From Bacteroidales bacterium (lineage in GTDB: Bacteria; Bacteroidota; Bacteroidia; Bacteroidales; PUMT01): a stretch of DNA of 64,000 nucleotides. Below, in pieces: positions 28,088 through 37,480 of this stretch. The stretch covers positions 31,637-95,636 of the forward strand of contig SLCF01000031.1 of NCBI GenBank assembly GCA_007125955.1. Reading direction: 5' to 3'. Below the pieces are notes generated by a model. That model saw only the letters and a program-made list of their open reading frames with translations. It had not been told where the DNA came from and made no database searches. Every line of letters begins with the position of its first letter. The stretch's first letter is position 1. Made by a program: the position numbers and the translations under genes.

Positions 28088-28189
28088 ATTGTGCCATTTG
28101 AACTATTTTCATATTGTGCCATTTGAACTATTTTCATATTGTGCCATTTGAACTATTTTCATATTGTGCCATTTGAACTATTTCCATAT
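28081..28189. repeat. Perfect 25-bp tandem repeat x4 plus a degenerate partial copy
   Basis: TTTTCATATTGTGCCATTTGAACTA at 28081, 28106, 28131 and 28156, then TTTCCATAT. The first copy contains the FKBP start codon. Confidence 0.97.
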
Positions 28190-28209
28190 CGAACCGTTAT
28201 AAGGTTTTT

Positions 28210-29223
28210 TCAGTCGCCTTCAAAATATAGCGGGAGGAGGCTGCGAAATTTCTCAATAGTATCGTCAAGTGAAAGCTCCGATTCACCTCCGGCTGCATTA
28301 TGATGCCCTCCCCCGCTGAAATGTTTTCTTGAAAATTCGTTAACACTGAAACTGCCTTTCGAACGGAAGGAAAGCTTAACATTCTCCTCATTTTCCATAA
28401 AAAAGGCTGCAAATTTTATACCCTTAATGGAAAGGGGATAATTAACAAAACCTTCGGAATCGCCAATTGCAAAACTGTACTTTTCCTTCTCTTTTTTAGT
28501 AAGACTTATATATGCAGTTTGGTATTCCTGCATAACAACCATCTTCTTGTCGAGGCAATAGCCAAGCAGGCGAATCCTCTTCTCGGAAAAGTTATCGTAA
28601 ACATTGTCGTAGATCTTATCCTTGTCAATTCCTTGTTCCAGCAGCTTTGACAGAACACGGTAAGTTCCCGGCTGTGACGAGTTGTAGCTGAAACAGCCGG
28701 TGTCAGTCATTATTCCGGTATACAAGCACTCTGCAACAACCGGACTTACCATGTCAGCCCTGCCGAGCCATTCAATGAAAAGGTATACAAGTTCGGCTGT
28801 TGAGCTTACACTGATATCTGACATCACAAAATCGGCTTTAACGCCGGGATCAGGATGATGGTCTATAAGTATCCGGAAAGCTCCGGCCGGGGAAAGATAT
28901 TCTTTCATTTTGCCTGTCCTGTCGGATGAATTGAAGTCAAGAAAAAAAATTATTTCTGCACCGCGAATTATCTCCTTCGCTTTTCCGGTGTTATGTGTAA
29001 ACACCTTGATTATGGAACTTTCAGGTATCCATTTGAGAAATCCCGGCATCTTGTTTGGTATGATCACTTCGGGATGTGCGCCAAGACTTTTAAGAAAATG
29101 ATACAGCCCCATTGACGAACCTATCGCATCCCCGTCCGGGTTCATATGGGTTACAATAAGCACCCTTTTATCACCCGATATTGTCTTTAATATATTTTGC
29201 GCAGAATAGCTCAAATCACTCAA
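28210..29223 (-). CDS. nrnA: DHH/DHHA1 phosphoesterase (bifunctional oligoribonuclease/pAp phosphatase)
   Basis: THMNPDGDAIGS, IDHH, GIMTDTG.F, SFRSKG, GGGHHNAAG. Confidence 0.88.
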   Translation of the reverse strand: MSDLSYSAQNILKTISGDKRVLIVTHMNPDGDAIGSSMGLYHFLKSLGAHPEVIIPNKMPGFLKWIPESSIIKVFTHNTGKAKEIIRGAEIIFFLDFNSSDRTGKMKEYLSPAGAFRILIDHHPDPGVKADFVMSDISVSSTAELVYLFIEWLGRADMVSPVVAECLYTGIMTDTGCFSYNSSQPGTYRVLSKLLEQGIDKDKIYDNVYDNFSEKRIRLLGYCLDKKMVVMQEYQTAYISLTKKEKEKYSFAIGDSEGFVNYPLSIKGIKFAAFFMENEENVKLSFRSKGSFSVNEFSRKHFSGGGHHNAAGGESELSLDDTIEKFRSLLPLYFEGD

Positions 29224-29269
29224 TCAAAATTGTTTATCCGGTTGAAGGCAACAGTAATGAAAATTTCCC

Positions 29270-29367
29270 CAAAGATATAAATAGTTTATGTAATACAATA
29301 GAGGTGCAATAAGAGGGCGATTGATTCAAATTGTTAATACAGCAGATGGAAAATTGACTTATCTTTG
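29270..29367. promoter_or_regulatory. Divergent pair of -7 elements (TATCTTTG) for nrnA (minus, 29270-29277) and dnaX (plus, 29360-29367)
   Basis: Two exact TAnnTTTG motifs pointing away from each other in the intergenic region. Confidence 0.6.
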
Positions 29368-29395
29368 CAGGGAAGTCTTAACTTTTATAAAAATC

Positions 29396-31159
29396 ATGGA
29401 AAATTTCATCGTTTCTGCAAGAAAATACCGTCCCGACACTTTCGCAACAGTTATAGGACAGCAATCCATAACCAAAACCCTGGCAAATGCAATTAAAAAC
29501 GGTCAGCTTGCCCATGCATACCTGTTTTGCGGTCCGCGGGGAGTAGGAAAAACAACCTGTGCAAGAATATTCGCAAAAACGATCAACTGCCATAATATCT
29601 CCGAAACCGGAGAAGCTTGTGAATCATGCGATTCATGCAAATCGTTCAACTCATCAAGATCATTCAATATCCATGAGCTTGATGCAGCATCCAACAATTC
29701 TGTTGACGATATTAGAAACCTGATAGATCAGGTAAGGATACCCCCGCAGACCGCGAAGTACAGCATTTATATAATTGACGAGGTGCACATGCTCTCGGCT
29801 CAGGCTTTCAACGCATTTCTGAAAACACTGGAAGAGCCTCCTGCCCACGCAGTTTTCATTCTTGCCACAACTGAAAAACACAAGATTATCCCAACCATTC
29901 TCTCCCGTTGTCAGATATATGATTTCAACCGCATAAAAGTGGATGATATTGTTGCGCAGCTTGAAATTATTGCTAAAAAGGAAAGTATAGCCGCCGAAAA
30001 GGAGGGGCTCAATATCATTGCCCAGAAAGCCGACGGGTCAATGCGGGATGCTTTGTCTATTTTTGACCAGATTGTGAGTTTTTCCGGCAGCAACGTCACT
30101 TACCGGGATGTTATAGGCACACTGAACGTAATAGATTACGATTACTATTTCAGAATAACCGAAGCCCTGCTGAAGGATGATATGGTAGAAAGCCTGTTGA
30201 TCTTCAACGAAGTGCTTGAGAAAGGTTTTGAAGGGCAAAATTTTATCGGGGGACTAAGCAGCCATTTCCGCGATCTTATGGTTTGCAAGGACACTGACAC
30301 ATTAAGCCTTCTTGAAGTTGGTGCTTCCATTCGCGAGAATTACATGAAGCAGTCCGAATCGTGTCCGGTCGAATTCCTTTTCAGTGCCCTGGAAATAACC
30401 AACCAGTGCAGCCTTGGCTTCAAAACAAGTCTTAACCAGCGGCTTCATGCAGAGCTTGCCCTCATAAAAATCTGCAATACCGGCAGTGAAGTAAAAAAAA
30501 AAAGTGACACACTTCCGGTAAGCGGAAGCAAACAGAAACCCGAAAAAAAGGGTGGTGAGCATAAATCCTCCCCGCCCGTTACGGACAAACCTGAAAAGAC
30601 AATCCCGGAGGCGGATAAGCCTGATAAAAATATTTCTCTACAAGCGGGGGGATTTTCCGGAAAAGGATCTGCACCTACTGTATCAATAAAAAATGTAATG
30701 CAAAAAACCTGCAATCAGGAAGATTCAGAAAATACCGGTCCGGATGAAAAGCAGTCTGATAACGATGATGATGTTCCTGATCCCCGGGAATTTGCAGAAG
30801 AATTCTCTGAAGAGGATCTCGTTTTAAAATGGAAAAAATTTGCCGGTATTATAAAAGAGAAACAGCCCCGGCTCTACAATACCTTAATGGCTAATAAACC
30901 CGGACTGGGGAAAAACAATCGCGTGGAATTTGAATTAAACAACCCCCTGCAGGATGATATTATAAAAAAAGTAAAGAAAGAACTGATTGAATTCCTCAAA
31001 GAAGAACTAAACAATTACAGTATAACACTAAACACCATAATTTCAGGCAACGAACAGGGAAGCAGGCTTTATCTGCCGGAAGACAGGTACAAACATATGG
31101 CAGAAAAAAACCCGGATCTTGAAAAGCTGAAGCAGCAATTCAACCTTGATTTTGATTAG
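29396..31159 (+). CDS. dnaX: DNA polymerase III subunit gamma/tau
   Basis: ARKYRP, GPRGVGKT, Zn-binding CESCDSC, ELDAAS, IDEVHML, SRC. Start at ATG 29396. Confidence 0.97.
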   Translation: MENFIVSARKYRPDTFATVIGQQSITKTLANAIKNGQLAHAYLFCGPRGVGKTTCARIFAKTINCHNISETGEACESCDSCKSFNSSRSFNIHELDAASNNSVDDIRNLIDQVRIPPQTAKYSIYIIDEVHMLSAQAFNAFLKTLEEPPAHAVFILATTEKHKIIPTILSRCQIYDFNRIKVDDIVAQLEIIAKKESIAAEKEGLNIIAQKADGSMRDALSIFDQIVSFSGSNVTYRDVIGTLNVIDYDYYFRITEALLKDDMVESLLIFNEVLEKGFEGQNFIGGLSSHFRDLMVCKDTDTLSLLEVGASIRENYMKQSESCPVEFLFSALEITNQCSLGFKTSLNQRLHAELALIKICNTGSEVKKKSDTLPVSGSKQKPEKKGGEHKSSPPVTDKPEKTIPEADKPDKNISLQAGGFSGKGSAPTVSIKNVMQKTCNQEDSENTGPDEKQSDNDDDVPDPREFAEEFSEEDLVLKWKKFAGIIKEKQPRLYNTLMANKPGLGKNNRVEFELNNPLQDDIIKKVKKELIEFLKEELNNYSITLNTIISGNEQGSRLYLPEDRYKHMAEKNPDLEKLKQQFNLDFD

Positions 31160-31207
31160 GGACTGGCATAAACGGCAATCCGCAACATATCGAAGCAAAG
31201 ACTGTCG

Positions 31208-31426
31208 TCAGTCCTTATCCGGCGTCTTTTTCTCTCTGTCGTTTTTTCTCATTTTATGCACATTATACCTCCAGATAAAATAAAGTATTACCACAACTGC
31301 AGGTAAAACAACATAAAATATGATATTTTCAGGAGTGTCAAAAAACCTGAGAGGCTCATCATGAACCGGAGGTACATGCCTTGGTTGCTGGGCAAATAAT
31401 CTGGTTACCAAAATAAGAGTCTGCAT
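31208..31426 (-). CDS. Small single-pass membrane protein
   Basis: 72 aa with P.HVP, one TM segment (IIFYVVLPAVVVILYFIW) and a basic tail; occupies an otherwise empty gap. Confidence 0.65.
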   Translation of the reverse strand: MQTLILVTRLFAQQPRHVPPVHDEPLRFFDTPENIIFYVVLPAVVVILYFIWRYNVHKMRKNDREKKTPDKD

Positions 31427-31658
31427 TTGAGAAGTTTCTGTTTAACATTTACACTAACAATATTTAAACAAATTAATGACGCATCTGTTCAATTTATTTA
31501 TATCCTTAACGTTATTAAACCTTAACGTAACCTCTTATTATAATACGTATTAATATCCCGGTTATTTCTGTTGTCTCGCCGTTAAATATTAATTAACAGA
31601 TCTATAATCTTACCAAAATAATATAACGGACCGAATCGGAAAATTACCTCAAAAAAAT

Positions 31659-31666
31659 TAACTTTG
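31659..31666 (+). promoter_or_regulatory. -7 element (TAACTTTG) for secA
   Basis: Exact TAnnTTTG about 47 nt upstream of the ATG. Confidence 0.55.
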
Positions 31667-31712
31667 CAATCATACCACCCGAATCTTGTGGTGTTAAAAA
31701 AAAGAACATAAA

Positions 31713-34700
31713 ATGAGTCTTGTAAATAAATTGCTGAAACAGTTTCTGGGTGACAAATCCACCAGGGATATAAAAAAGATCCAGCCGGTTTTTTTGAGAG
31801 TCAGGGAAGAGTATGAAAAAGCACAAAACCTGACAAACGATGAGTTGCGTTCAAAAGCTCAGGATCTCAGGAAAATGATCAGGGAATCAGTTGCAGATGA
31901 AGAATCACAAATCTCCTCTCTCAGGGAGAAAGCAGACGACGATACCATAAGTCTGGATGAAAAGGAAAAGCTTTACGCCCGGATTGACAAATTAGATAAA
32001 GACATAACCGAAAAACTCTCGGAAGTACTTATGGAATTACTGCCCGAAGCTTTTGCGGTAATGCGCGATACTGCCCGCAGGTTCAAGGAAAACGATGAGG
32101 TGGAAGTTACTTCAAACGATTTTGACCGCAATCTTGCTGCTTCAAGAGACAGCATAAGTATAAAGGGAGACAAAGCTGTCTGGAAAAACCGCTGGATGGC
32201 GGGCGGAAATGAAACAACCTGGGACATGGTGCATTACGATGTTCAGCTTATTGGCGGCATTGTGCTTCACCAGGGTAAAATAGCAGAGATGGCAACAGGA
32301 GAAGGAAAAACACTTGTAGCCACATTGCCCGTTTTCCTGAATGCTCTCACCGGGCGGGGAGTCCATATTGTAACGGTAAACGACTATCTGGCTCGCCGTG
32401 ACTCAGAGTGGATGGGGCCGTTATATGAGTTTCACGGACTGAAAGTTGACTGCATCGACAAGCACCAACCCAACTCGCAGGCACGCAGGAATGCTTACCT
32501 TGCCGATATTACATTTGGAACAAACAACGAGTTCGGATTCGATTACCTGCGCGACAATATGGCGATCAACCAGGACGACCTTGTGCAAAGGTGGCACAAT
32601 TATACAATAGTTGATGAGGTTGACTCAGTTTTGATTGACGACGCAAGGACACCGCTGATTATTTCCGGGCCTGTTGCCAAAGGGGAAAACCAGCTTTTCG
32701 AGGAGCTGAAACCCAGGGTGGAATCAATTGTAAGTGCTCAGAGGAAGCTGGTAACCGATATTCTTGTGAAGGCAAGAAAAGCGCTGGCCGAGAAAGACAA
32801 CGAAAATGCAGGCTTTTTTCTCCTGCAGGCATATAAGGGATTGCCCAAGAACAAGAGTCTCATAAAGCTGCTTAGTGAAGAGGGCAACAAATCTCTTATG
32901 GTGAAAACCGAAAACTTCTACATGCAGGATAAAAGTAAGAATATGTGGAAGGTGACCGACGAACTCTTTTTTGTGATAGATGAAAAGGTCAACTCAATAG
33001 AGCTGACTGACAAAGGCATAGACCTTTTAACAAAAGCTTCGGAGGATTCCGGGTTTTTCATCCTTCCCGACATCGGGACAGAAATTGCTGATATTGAAAA
33101 ATCTGAAATTGCTGATGATAAAAAAATTGAGAAAAAAGATGCCCTTCTGAGAGATTACGCCATTAAATCGGAAAGGGTACATACCATCAACCAGCTGTTG
33201 AAAGCCTATACACTCTTTGAAAAAGATGTGGAGTATGTCGTAATGGATAACAAGGTCAAGATCGTTGATGTCCAGACCGGCCGGATAATGGAAGGGAGAA
33301 GGTATTCCGACGGACTTCACCAGGCTATAGAGGCAAAGGAGAGAGTTAAAATTGAAGCTGCAACCCAGACATTTGCCACCATTACACTTCAGAACTATTT
33401 CCGCATGTACAATAAGCTGGCGGGTATGACAGGTACAGCGGAAACAGAAGCAGGTGAATTCTGGAATATTTACAAGCTGGATGTAGTGGTAATTCCCACA
33501 CACAGAGCGGTTATACGAAGTGACTACGAAGATCTGGTATATAAAACAAAACGCGAAAAATACAATGCATCAATTGACGAAATAGTCGATCTTGTCAATG
33601 AAAACAGGCCGGTGCTGGTTGGTACCACATCAGTGGAAATATCCGAGCTGCTTAGCCGTATGCTCAAACTGAAAAATATCAAGCATAATGTTCTGAATGC
33701 CAAGCTTCACCAAAAGGAGGCAGATATAGTAGCCGAGGCCGGTAAGGCACGCACGGTTACAATTGCAACCAATATGGCAGGCCGGGGAACTGATATAAAG
33801 CTTACCCAGGAGGTTCGGGAGGCAGGTGGTCTTGCAATAGTGGGTACAGAAAGGCACGAATCCAGGCGAATAGACAGGCAGCTGCGCGGAAGGGCCGGAA
33901 GGCAGGGGGACCCGGGAAGCTCCCAGTTCTTTGTTTCCCTTGAAGACGATCTGATGCGACTGTTCGGATCGGGGCGCATAGCAAATATGATGGACAAGCT
34001 TGGAGTCAAGGAGGGTGAAGTGATACAGCACTCCATGATCACAAAATCAATTGAGCGTGCCCAAAAGAAAGTTGAAGAGAACAATTTCGGCATACGAAAA
34101 AGGCTGCTTGAATACGATGATGTTATGAACTCCCAGCGGGAAGTTATCTATTCGAGGCGTAAGAACGCACTTAAGGGTGAAAGGATCGATGTTGAAATAG
34201 CCAACATGATGTACGATGTGAGCGAATCGATTGTTCAGGAGTATCATGAAAGCGGGGACTTTGAAGGTTTCAATATGGAGCTCCTGAGATATTTTTCAGT
34301 AGAATCACCTGTCAGCCAGGAAGAGTTTTCAAGAGTTGCTCCCGGGGAGATCACTGAAAAGATGCGTGAGCTGATAAATGAAACATTCAGAAGAAAATCG
34401 GATGTTGTTGCAGGTCAGGCCTATCCTGTAATAAAGGATGTGTACGAAAAGAGCAAGCACCAGTATGAAAACATTGTAGTTCCGATTTCCGACGGTACCA
34501 AGGTTTTCCAGGTGGTTACCAACCTTGAAAGAACATATGAAACTGAAGGGAGGCATCTTGTCAAATCGTACCAGAAGCTGATCATCCTGCTTACCATTGA
34601 TGAGATGTGGAAAGAGCACCTCAGGGAGATGGACGACCTGAAGCAGTCGGTTCAAACCGCTACATACGAGCAGAAAGACCCCCTGCTGATTTACAAATTT

Positions 34701-35000
34701 GAGTCTTTCCAGCTTTTCAAGTCAATGCTTGTAAGGGTCAACAAAGAGATAGTGGGCACACTTATGAAAGCTCACATACCCGTAAAAGATCCTTCCCAGA
34801 TAAAAGAAGCCGAGCAACGGCGCCGGCTTGATCTGAGCAGGTACGAAACCAGCAGGAAAAACGAAATGCTCTCCACAAAAGACAGGCAAAAACCGCAACC
34901 GGTGAAAGCCGAGAAAAAAGTGGGCAGAAATGAACCCTGTCCATGCGGCAGCGGGAAAAAATACAAGCACTGCCACGGCAAGGTTGGAGCAGATGTTTAG
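31713..35000 (+). CDS. secA: Preprotein translocase ATPase SecA (long Bacteroidetes type)
   Basis: [34 protein letters not shown]-terminal SEC-C motif [13 protein letters not shown]. Confidence 0.98.
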   Translation: MSLVNKLLKQFLGDKSTRDIKKIQPVFLRVREEYEKAQNLTNDELRSKAQDLRKMIRESVADEESQISSLREKADDDTISLDEKEKLYARIDKLDKDITEKLSEVLMELLPEAFAVMRDTARRFKENDEVEVTSNDFDRNLAASRDSISIKGDKAVWKNRWMAGGNETTWDMVHYDVQLIGGIVLHQGKIAEMATGEGKTLVATLPVFLNALTGRGVHIVTVNDYLARRDSEWMGPLYEFHGLKVDCIDKHQPNSQARRNAYLADITFGTNNEFGFDYLRDNMAINQDDLVQRWHNYTIVDEVDSVLIDDARTPLIISGPVAKGENQLFEELKPRVESIVSAQRKLVTDILVKARKALAEKDNENAGFFLLQAYKGLPKNKSLIKLLSEEGNKSLMVKTENFYMQDKSKNMWKVTDELFFVIDEKVNSIELTDKGIDLLTKASEDSGFFILPDIGTEIADIEKSEIADDKKIEKKDALLRDYAIKSERVHTINQLLKAYTLFEKDVEYVVMDNKVKIVDVQTGRIMEGRRYSDGLHQAIEAKERVKIEAATQTFATITLQNYFRMYNKLAGMTGTAETEAGEFWNIYKLDVVVIPTHRAVIRSDYEDLVYKTKREKYNASIDEIVDLVNENRPVLVGTTSVEISELLSRMLKLKNIKHNVLNAKLHQKEADIVAEAGKARTVTIATNMAGRGTDIKLTQEVREAGGLAIVGTERHESRRIDRQLRGRAGRQGDPGSSQFFVSLEDDLMRLFGSGRIANMMDKLGVKEGEVIQHSMITKSIERAQKKVEENNFGIRKRLLEYDDVMNSQREVIYSRRKNALKGERIDVEIANMMYDVSESIVQEYHESGDFEGFNMELLRYFSVESPVSQEEFSRVAPGEITEKMRELINETFRRKSDVVAGQAYPVIKDVYEKSKHQYENIVVPISDGTKVFQVVTNLERTYETEGRHLVKSYQKLIILLTIDEMWKEHLREMDDLKQSVQTATYEQKDPLLIYKFESFQLFKSMLVRVNKEIVGTLMKAHIPVKDPSQIKEAEQRRRLDLSRYETSRKNEMLSTKDRQKPQPVKAEKKVGRNEPCPCGSGKKYKHCHGKVGADV

Positions 35001-35040
35001 CAGTTTACCCCGCTGATCGAAGCATTGCTCCATAAGCGTT

Positions 35041-35069
35041 AAAAATCTCCTTGCATGGGGGCTCTTTTT
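35041..35069 (+). terminator. Possible terminator after secA
   Basis: TCTCC-TTGCAT-GGGGG stem (two G-U pairs) followed by CTCTTTTT. Confidence 0.35.
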
Positions 35070-35090
35070 AACTTTAACAGCAATATCAGG

Positions 35091-36356
35091 TCAGGCCTGA
35101 ATCTTTTCCTTTATCTTGTCAAGCGGCATCTTCGCCGCCATTCCGCTCTCTTCTATAGTCATGAATATTGCTTCAGTATCTACCAGTTTGGTATGCATGG
35201 CAAAGTAAAAAACAGCATAAAGACAGGCGGAGCGGGCACCGACAGAACGAAAATCCCTTTTTATTACCTCGGCTCCTGTTGACGGGGCATCCAGACTATC
35301 GTCCAGGAACAGCATCCCCCCCTTCATACCCTCGATACGTTTTTTGCTGTGAGTCAGTCCGTCTTCCGAAGTAATTATTGCCACATCGGGTACTCCTATA
35401 CCGTGAAAATTTATCGGTTCGGTTGAAATATTTACCTCTGCCGTTGAGAATCCTACACCAACAGTAACAGGATAGCTTCCCTTCTGTGTAACGTGGCATC
35501 CTGAACGCATAGCTGCTTTTGCAAGCAGTGTGGCGGCTGACTGTATGCCTTCCCCCGCAGAACCGCTTAAGACAAGCGAAAGGTTTCCCTTCAGGCGCGC
35601 AGGAAAGTCATTTTCCACCTCCTTCAACTCTTCCATCAGGTCGTTGCACTTTTTCCCCTGCTCAAGGACAAATCCTGTTCGCTCATTTTTCCATACTCCG
35701 GTCTTTCTCCCCGAAGATTCAACTATTTCAGCAAGCTTGCGGCGGGGATTGAGCTTCACTCCGTAGCTCGGACAAATCTCCATTATCTCTGTCAATGAAA
35801 ACCCTTCCACCGAAAAGGCTTCTGTTAGTTCCCCGGAAATATCTCCTACTCCCATAATCCTCGATGAATAGGCAGCTCCGGCAGTATGGGCAAGTTCACA
35901 AATATCGTATCCGGCAAAGGGATTCCCGTCAGCTGAGGTTGTTGTACAGAACCCTCTTGGGGTCAGTCCGCTTGTCTGTCCCCCGGTCATTCCGTAAAGC
36001 ATATTGTTGTGAACAACAACGCTCATATTCAGGTTAAGCCGGGCAGCTTCCATAATATGCTGCAAGCCTATTGTGGAACCGCCGTCGCCGATAAATACCA
36101 GCACTTTTTTACCGGGGTTTTCTATTCCGAAAGAGATGCCTGCGCCAAGTGCGACCGATCTTCCGTGCAAACCATGGACTGTGTGAGTGTTCAGGCATTT
36201 ATCAATTATACCGTGACAACCTATATCGGTTACAACTATAACGTCCAGCGGCGCGTATTCAAGCTTTTCAAGTGCTTCCGCACTCTTCTTTGCTATCAGG
36301 TCATGACCGCATCCCTTGCAGTAGGGTAATTGTGAAGTTTTTAAAAAACCGTTCAT
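35091..36356 (-). CDS. 2-oxoacid:ferredoxin oxidoreductase, fused beta (TPP-binding) and gamma subunit
   Basis: CKGCG, DIGC, HGR, GDGG, NN..YGMTGGQ and EICP, followed by a gamma-type domain (SGSAGEGIQSAA). ATG 36356 overlaps the alpha stop (ATGA). Confidence 0.85.
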   Translation of the reverse strand: MNGFLKTSQLPYCKGCGHDLIAKKSAEALEKLEYAPLDVIVVTDIGCHGIIDKCLNTHTVHGLHGRSVALGAGISFGIENPGKKVLVFIGDGGSTIGLQHIMEAARLNLNMSVVVHNNMLYGMTGGQTSGLTPRGFCTTTSADGNPFAGYDICELAHTAGAAYSSRIMGVGDISGELTEAFSVEGFSLTEIMEICPSYGVKLNPRRKLAEIVESSGRKTGVWKNERTGFVLEQGKKCNDLMEELKEVENDFPARLKGNLSLVLSGSAGEGIQSAATLLAKAAMRSGCHVTQKGSYPVTVGVGFSTAEVNISTEPINFHGIGVPDVAIITSEDGLTHSKKRIEGMKGGMLFLDDSLDAPSTGAEVIKRDFRSVGARSACLYAVFYFAMHTKLVDTEAIFMTIEESGMAAKMPLDKIKEKIQA

Positions 36357-37480
36357 ACACATTCCTCCTCGTTTAATATTTCCGGTGGTGTGATCATCCT
36401 GCCTGCTGAACCGACTATTGAAATACTGGAAGGTATCCTTGTACCAAACAGAAGGTCGGCAAACTGGGCATTGATATTCTCCTCGGCAATAACAACCTTT
36501 TTGTATTTGCCGATAATTTCTGAGTAAATAGCAGGTGCAGGGAGTATTGTCTTCGGAACAAGAAGTGATACCTTCTTACCCTTTTCACGCATCCGCTTCA
36601 CTGCATCCCTGGCTGCTGAAGCGGTTATGCCGTAGGATACCAGGAGTGTTCCGGCTCCTTCCTGCTCATCCAGCTCATAAAATGTGTATCCGGAAAGTGT
36701 TTCACGCGCTTTCCTTTCAAGACGCACTGTATTGCCAATCGCTTCATCATTTGAATGCTGCAGAATACCGTTTTTATCATGAGTGGAAGCATTCAGTCTG
36801 ACCTGCCATTTACCGGCTGTAACCGGCAGAAATGGAGGAACAAGCTCATCCCTTTCAACGTTATATGAACGGTAAGGCTCTTTTCCTCTGTAAAAAGATC
36901 TGCTTACAGGCTCAATGGCATCAAGCACTCCGGTACTGAAGCTTTTCTGTGTCATTACCTCCTCCTTTGAAGTAAGCAGAACAACGGGAGTTCTCAGCTC
37001 AACTGCCAGGTGCACGGCTTTCGCCGACAACTTCCAGCAATCATTGAAATCGGATGTGCAGAGAACGGGAAGCTGGTGTCCTCCCGATATCATCCCCTTC
37101 AAAAGGGGTATGTCACCCTGTGCTCCGCATGTTGCGGTACCGGTAGCCGGGCCAAGTCTCTGAACGAGGACTATAACCATTGGCAGCTCCATCATAAAAG
37201 CCATATTGACAGATTCGATCATTAATGCGAATCCCGGGAATGATGTGGCTGTTACAGGTATTTTTCCGGTAGCTGACAGCCCTGACATCCACTGCAAGGT
37301 GGTTATTTCATCAGGGGCAGACAACATAAGAGGCATCCTGCGGCTTGCGTACAAGTAGAGAAGGTTCGCCGGAGTGATAGGATACCCTATGAATGAATCG
37401 GCTCCTGCCCGGGCCATTGACTCTGTAATCAGCCTCGACCCGTCAATCAGCACCTTTCTTTCATTACTGGTCTTTTGCAT
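36353..37480 (-). CDS. 2-oxoacid:ferredoxin oxidoreductase alpha subunit
   Basis: GYPITP, DEI, ATS.PG, E.P, QR.GP.TG...QGD, and a C-terminal transketolase-like domain. Confidence 0.85.
   Translation of the reverse strand: MQKTSNERKVLIDGSRLITESMARAGADSFIGYPITPANLLYLYASRRMPLMLSAPDEITTLQWMSGLSATGKIPVTATSFPGFALMIESVNMAFMMELPMVIVLVQRLGPATGTATCGAQGDIPLLKGMISGGHQLPVLCTSDFNDCWKLSAKAVHLAVELRTPVVLLTSKEEVMTQKSFSTGVLDAIEPVSRSFYRGKEPYRSYNVERDELVPPFLPVTAGKWQVRLNASTHDKNGILQHSNDEAIGNTVRLERKARETLSGYTFYELDEQEGAGTLLVSYGITASAARDAVKRMREKGKKVSLLVPKTILPAPAIYSEIIGKYKKVVIAEENINAQFADLLFGTRIPSSISIVGSAGRMITPPEILNEEECV

Noticed and set aside
28081-28180. CRISPR array
   Set aside because: The units are directly adjacent with no spacers, and there are no cas genes; it is a plain tandem repeat.
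31973-35282. Numerous ORFs opposite or just past secA, including 35055..35282 +
   Set aside because: Shadows of secA or of the OFOR 3' end, with no independent support.
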